Positions 15,130 to 17,853 of a stretch of DNA of 17,853 nt are shown here, in pieces. This DNA is from an uncultured bacterium (GTDB lineage: Bacteria; Krumholzibacteriota; Krumholzibacteriia; LZORAL124-64-63), in contig CAVSZB010000009.1 of NCBI GenBank assembly GCA_963732385.1, positions 1 to 17,853 on the forward strand. The letters run 5' to 3'. The notes below the pieces were generated by a model. The model saw only the letters and a program-made list of their open reading frames with translations, was not told the origin of the DNA and ran no database searches. Positions within the stretch are counted from its first letter, which is position 1. The number at the start of each line of letters is the position of its first letter. The position numbers were made by a program, and so were the translations under genes.

Positions 15130-16539
15130 GTGCCATTGACCGCCGGCATTGTCGAACTTCCCGACGATTTTCCTGAGCGCCTGCGTAACTTGCGAGAACA
15201 TAGGTATTTGACTCAAACCGACCTCGCCTTCCGCGCCGAGATCTCTCCCCGTTCCGTCCACGAACTCGAGTCCGGCCGGCGCGACCGGGCACAAGTCCAG
15301 ACGATCATGCTCCTGGCCAAGGTGCTTGAAGTGACCTATGCCGATCTCTTGAACGGGAAGACTTCTGCACCTGTTTCGGGCGATCCGGCCGAGAACGACC
15401 GCGGGCAGATCCCGGTGGCAGACTCCGCAAAGACTGCACCTGCAACGCCTTCACCCCCCACGTCCCAGTTTCCAGCGACCTCGCCGCCTCCACCGGCGCC
15501 CACCGTCGCCTCGAGACACCGTCCCGGCCGGATCGCCCTCGCCGCCGCCGCCCTGTTGCTGACGGCGAGCGTGCTCCTGGTCGTGGCCGGAGGTCCCGGC
15601 CGAAAATTCCAGGTGCGTGAGTCCGACGGCATCGTCGAAGTCCACGACGCCCTGCTGGGGCGCCTTCTCTGGCGGCAGGATTTCGCCAATGCCATTCAGT
15701 GCTGGCGCGTATCTCCCTGGGACGACGACATCCTGCTCGTCGGGCTTGCCGCCCAGAGGGCCGGAGGTGGCCAGCTGCTGGCGCTGGATCTCAAGAGCGG
15801 CAAGACGCTCTGGGACATCGAACCCGATCTTGCTCCGCTGGCGCAGGCTTTCGATCCGCAGTTCGTCTACAGCGGTGCGTTCCACTGCCGGGACATCCTG
15901 GAAGCCGATCTTGACGGCGACGACCGGCGGGAAATCGTCGTCAATTTCATCCACAACAAGTGGTTCCCCAGCGTCGTCTGCGTCGTCGGCCGCGACGGCG
16001 CGGTCGAATCCCAGTACGCCAACCGGGGCCACGTCTACGACATCCACATCGCGGACACGGATTCCGACGGGAAAGACGAGATCATCTGCGCCGGCACCAA
16101 CAACGCGCCGGCCTACAACGGGGCCACCATCTTCATCCTCGATGACGAGCACCGCACCGGTGCCGCCATCGATCCGCTGACCTCGCCCGGGTGCGGAACC
16201 CCGGATTCGTCGCTCGTGCGGATCGTCATCCCGATCTGGCCGGAGGAGGCGCTCCGAGCTCTCGGCACCCGGGATCGCATCGAGGCCTTCGAAGCCCGAA
16301 CGTTCAACAGGCAAGACGGCACCGTGGGCATCCAGGCCAGCATCGGCCATCAGAAAGACGATTACTACAGTGTGGATTTCGACGCGGAGCTGCGTCCGAC
16401 TTTCCTGGGAATCAGCGACCACCTGCTCACGAAATTCACCCAGGGGGGCGCAAGCGAACACCTGTGGGACCGCGCCTGGCTGAACGGGCACCTGCGCTTC
16501 GAGCAGGGCATCCTGGTCGAGTCATCGCCTTTGCCCTGA
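15130..16539 (+). CDS. Membrane-anchored XRE-family HTH regulator with extracytoplasmic FG-GAP/propeller-like domain
   Basis: N-terminal HTH_3-like RLRNLREHRYLTQTDLAFRAEISPRSVHELESGRR...LAKVLEV, a Pro/Thr-rich linker, one TM helix IALAAAALLLTASVLLVVAGG, then LLALDLKSGKTLW (PQQ-like), DLDGDDRREIVV and DTDSDGKDEIICAG (FG-GAP/Ca-binding-like). The GTG start is approximate. Confidence 0.75.
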   Translation: MPLTAGIVELPDDFPERLRNLREHRYLTQTDLAFRAEISPRSVHELESGRRDRAQVQTIMLLAKVLEVTYADLLNGKTSAPVSGDPAENDRGQIPVADSAKTAPATPSPPTSQFPATSPPPPAPTVASRHRPGRIALAAAALLLTASVLLVVAGGPGRKFQVRESDGIVEVHDALLGRLLWRQDFANAIQCWRVSPWDDDILLVGLAAQRAGGGQLLALDLKSGKTLWDIEPDLAPLAQAFDPQFVYSGAFHCRDILEADLDGDDRREIVVNFIHNKWFPSVVCVVGRDGAVESQYANRGHVYDIHIADTDSDGKDEIICAGTNNAPAYNGATIFILDDEHRTGAAIDPLTSPGCGTPDSSLVRIVIPIWPEEALRALGTRDRIEAFEARTFNRQDGTVGIQASIGHQKDDYYSVDFDAELRPTFLGISDHLLTKFTQGGASEHLWDRAWLNGHLRFEQGILVESSPLP

Positions 16540-16609
16540 GCTCCCTGTTCCCCTCCCGGGCGATCCGCCGAGCGCCCGGAATCATCTGGCAGACCACGGC
16601 GGGCGGGGG

Positions 16610-17612
16610 CTACCGGGAGGGGCCGGTACGGGCTGCCGACACCAACTCGGGCGCCGCGGGCAGCACATCCCAGCGTCCAGCCTCGCCGAGCACCTGCCGG
16701 GTCGCGCCGACGATCAGCGGATCGGGACCGCTCACGATCGCGCGATCCTTGTTCGGGTACGGGAGCGTGGCGAGGAAGTGCTGGAGGCAGTTGATCCGCG
16801 CCCGTTTCTTGTCGTCGGACTTGACGATGGTCCAGGGGGCGTCGGCGGTGTCCGTGTAGAAGAACGTCGCCTCCTTGGCCTCGGTGTAATCGTCCCACTT
16901 GTCGAGCGAGGCGAGGTCGATGGGCGAGAGTTTCCACTGCTTGAGCGGGTCCTTCATGCGCTGCGCGAACCGGCGCCGCTGCTCCTCCTGGGTCACCGAG
17001 AACCAGTACTTGAGCAGGATGATGCCGGAGCGGACGAGCATCCGCTCGAACTCGGGGCACTGCCGCATGAACTCGAGGTACTCGTTGGGCGTGCAGAAGC
17101 CCATGACCCGCTCCACGCCGGCGCGGTTGTACCAGGAGCGGTCGAACAGGCACAGCTCGCCCGCCGCCGGCAGCTGGCTGATGTAGCGCTGGAAGTACCA
17201 CTGCGACGCTTCGCGTTCGGTCGGCTTGGCCAGGGCCACCACGCGCGCCGTGCGCGGATTCAGATGCTCCATGAAGCGCTTGATCGTCCCGCCCTTGCCC
17301 GCCGCGTCGCGCCCCTCGAACAGCGCCACGACCCGCTGGCCCGTTTCCTCGATCCAGCGCTGCGCCTTCATCAGTTCCTGCTGGAGCCGTCACCTTCTCC
17401 TCGTCATAGAGCTCGCGCTTCATGTGGCGGGAGTAGGGGAACTTTCCCGTCTCGAAGCTCTGGTGCGGTTTCGCCGGGGCCGGCTTCCGCTCCCTTTCGC
17501 GCTCCTCGGCCGGTCCGAGCGACGACGGCGCGCCGGCCATGGTCTCGGGCCGCCCCTCCGGAGCGTCGAGCAGCGCGGTCTGGCCGTGCGTGGAGCGTCC
17601 GTGTGGCTTCAT
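16610..17612 (-). pseudogene. ppk2: Polyphosphate kinase 2 (class I), frameshifted by one extra base near 17390 (pseudogene or sequencing error)
   Basis: The C-terminal frame has FEGRDAAGKGG, EHLNPR, WYFQRY, FDRSWYNRAGVERVMGFC, DPLKQWKLSP and APWTIVKSDDKKRARIN. The N-terminal part (ATG 17612, GGGAGG RBS; FETGKFPYSRHMKRELYDEEK) is in a different frame. The total span of 1003 nt is 3n+1. Confidence 0.85.
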
Positions 17613-17754
17613 TGCCGCCCTCCCGGCGAATAGCGATCCAGGATACCCGACACGTATCCACCCGGTATCGGTACGAAAGGGCCCGACCTGAGCCGGGAGG
17701 GCGACGCGGCGGGGGGCTCGTGCGTCGGCAACCTGGCCGCGCTCGCAGGACGGC

Positions 17755-17788
17755 AAACAAGAAGGGCCCGCCCTCCGGGCAAGCCCTT
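17755..17788 (-). terminator. Intrinsic terminator downstream of tRNA-Lys
   Basis: Minus strand AAGGGCTTGCCC-gga-GGGCGGGCCCTT (stem with G-U pairs) followed by CTTGTTT, about 17 nt after the tRNA CCA. Confidence 0.65.
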
Positions 17789-17805
17789 GTCCCACTTGAA
17801 GTTGT

Positions 17806-17853
17806 TGGTAGGCCGCTCCGGACTCGAACCGGACACCATCTCCTTAAAAGGGA
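17806..17853 (-). tRNA. tRNA-Lys(UUU), 3' portion; 5' end lies beyond the window edge
   Basis: Minus strand reads TCC-CT TTT AA-GGAGA (anticodon arm), TGGTGT, CCGG-TTCGAGT-CCGG (T arm), then AGCGGCCTA-CCA (encoded CCA). Confidence 0.9.

Noticed and set aside
16365..17795. 476-aa minus-strand ORF as a separate gene
   Set aside because: Only the segment 17612-17391 is meaningful (PPK2 N-terminus). The rest is out-of-frame read-through caused by the frameshift.
13562..17853. Prophage or integrative element at tRNA-Lys
   Set aside because: No integrase, transposase or duplicated tRNA 3' end (att site) was found in the window.
1..17853. CRISPR array or selenocysteine recoding
   Set aside because: No regularly spaced direct repeats, and no in-frame UGA at a Cys position in the cytochromes or other genes.

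Overview
GC-rich (~70%) bacterial window, apparently from a diderm; taxonomy cannot be assigned from sequence alone. The left third holds a multiheme cytochrome cluster. On the minus strand is a tightly coupled three-gene operon: an octaheme lipoprotein, an MtrA/DmsE-type decaheme cytochrome and an MtrB/PioB-like beta-barrel. Transcribed divergently is a nonaheme lipoprotein with two N-terminal Ig/PKD-like domains. Together they carry 27 CxxCH motifs and look like a non-canonical porin-cytochrome extracellular electron transfer system with no MtrC/OmcA gene in the window. The rest of the window contains a four-domain ribosomal protein S1 homolog, nadA followed by a cysteine desulfurase, a beta-propeller lipoprotein, a signal-peptide-bearing oligoendopeptidase F, an AAA_14/DUF4143 ATPase, a membrane-anchored XRE regulator with an extracytoplasmic FG-GAP-like domain, a ppk2 gene broken by one extra base, and the 3' part of tRNA-Lys(UUU). 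Several intrinsic terminators and sigma70-like promoters are visible.
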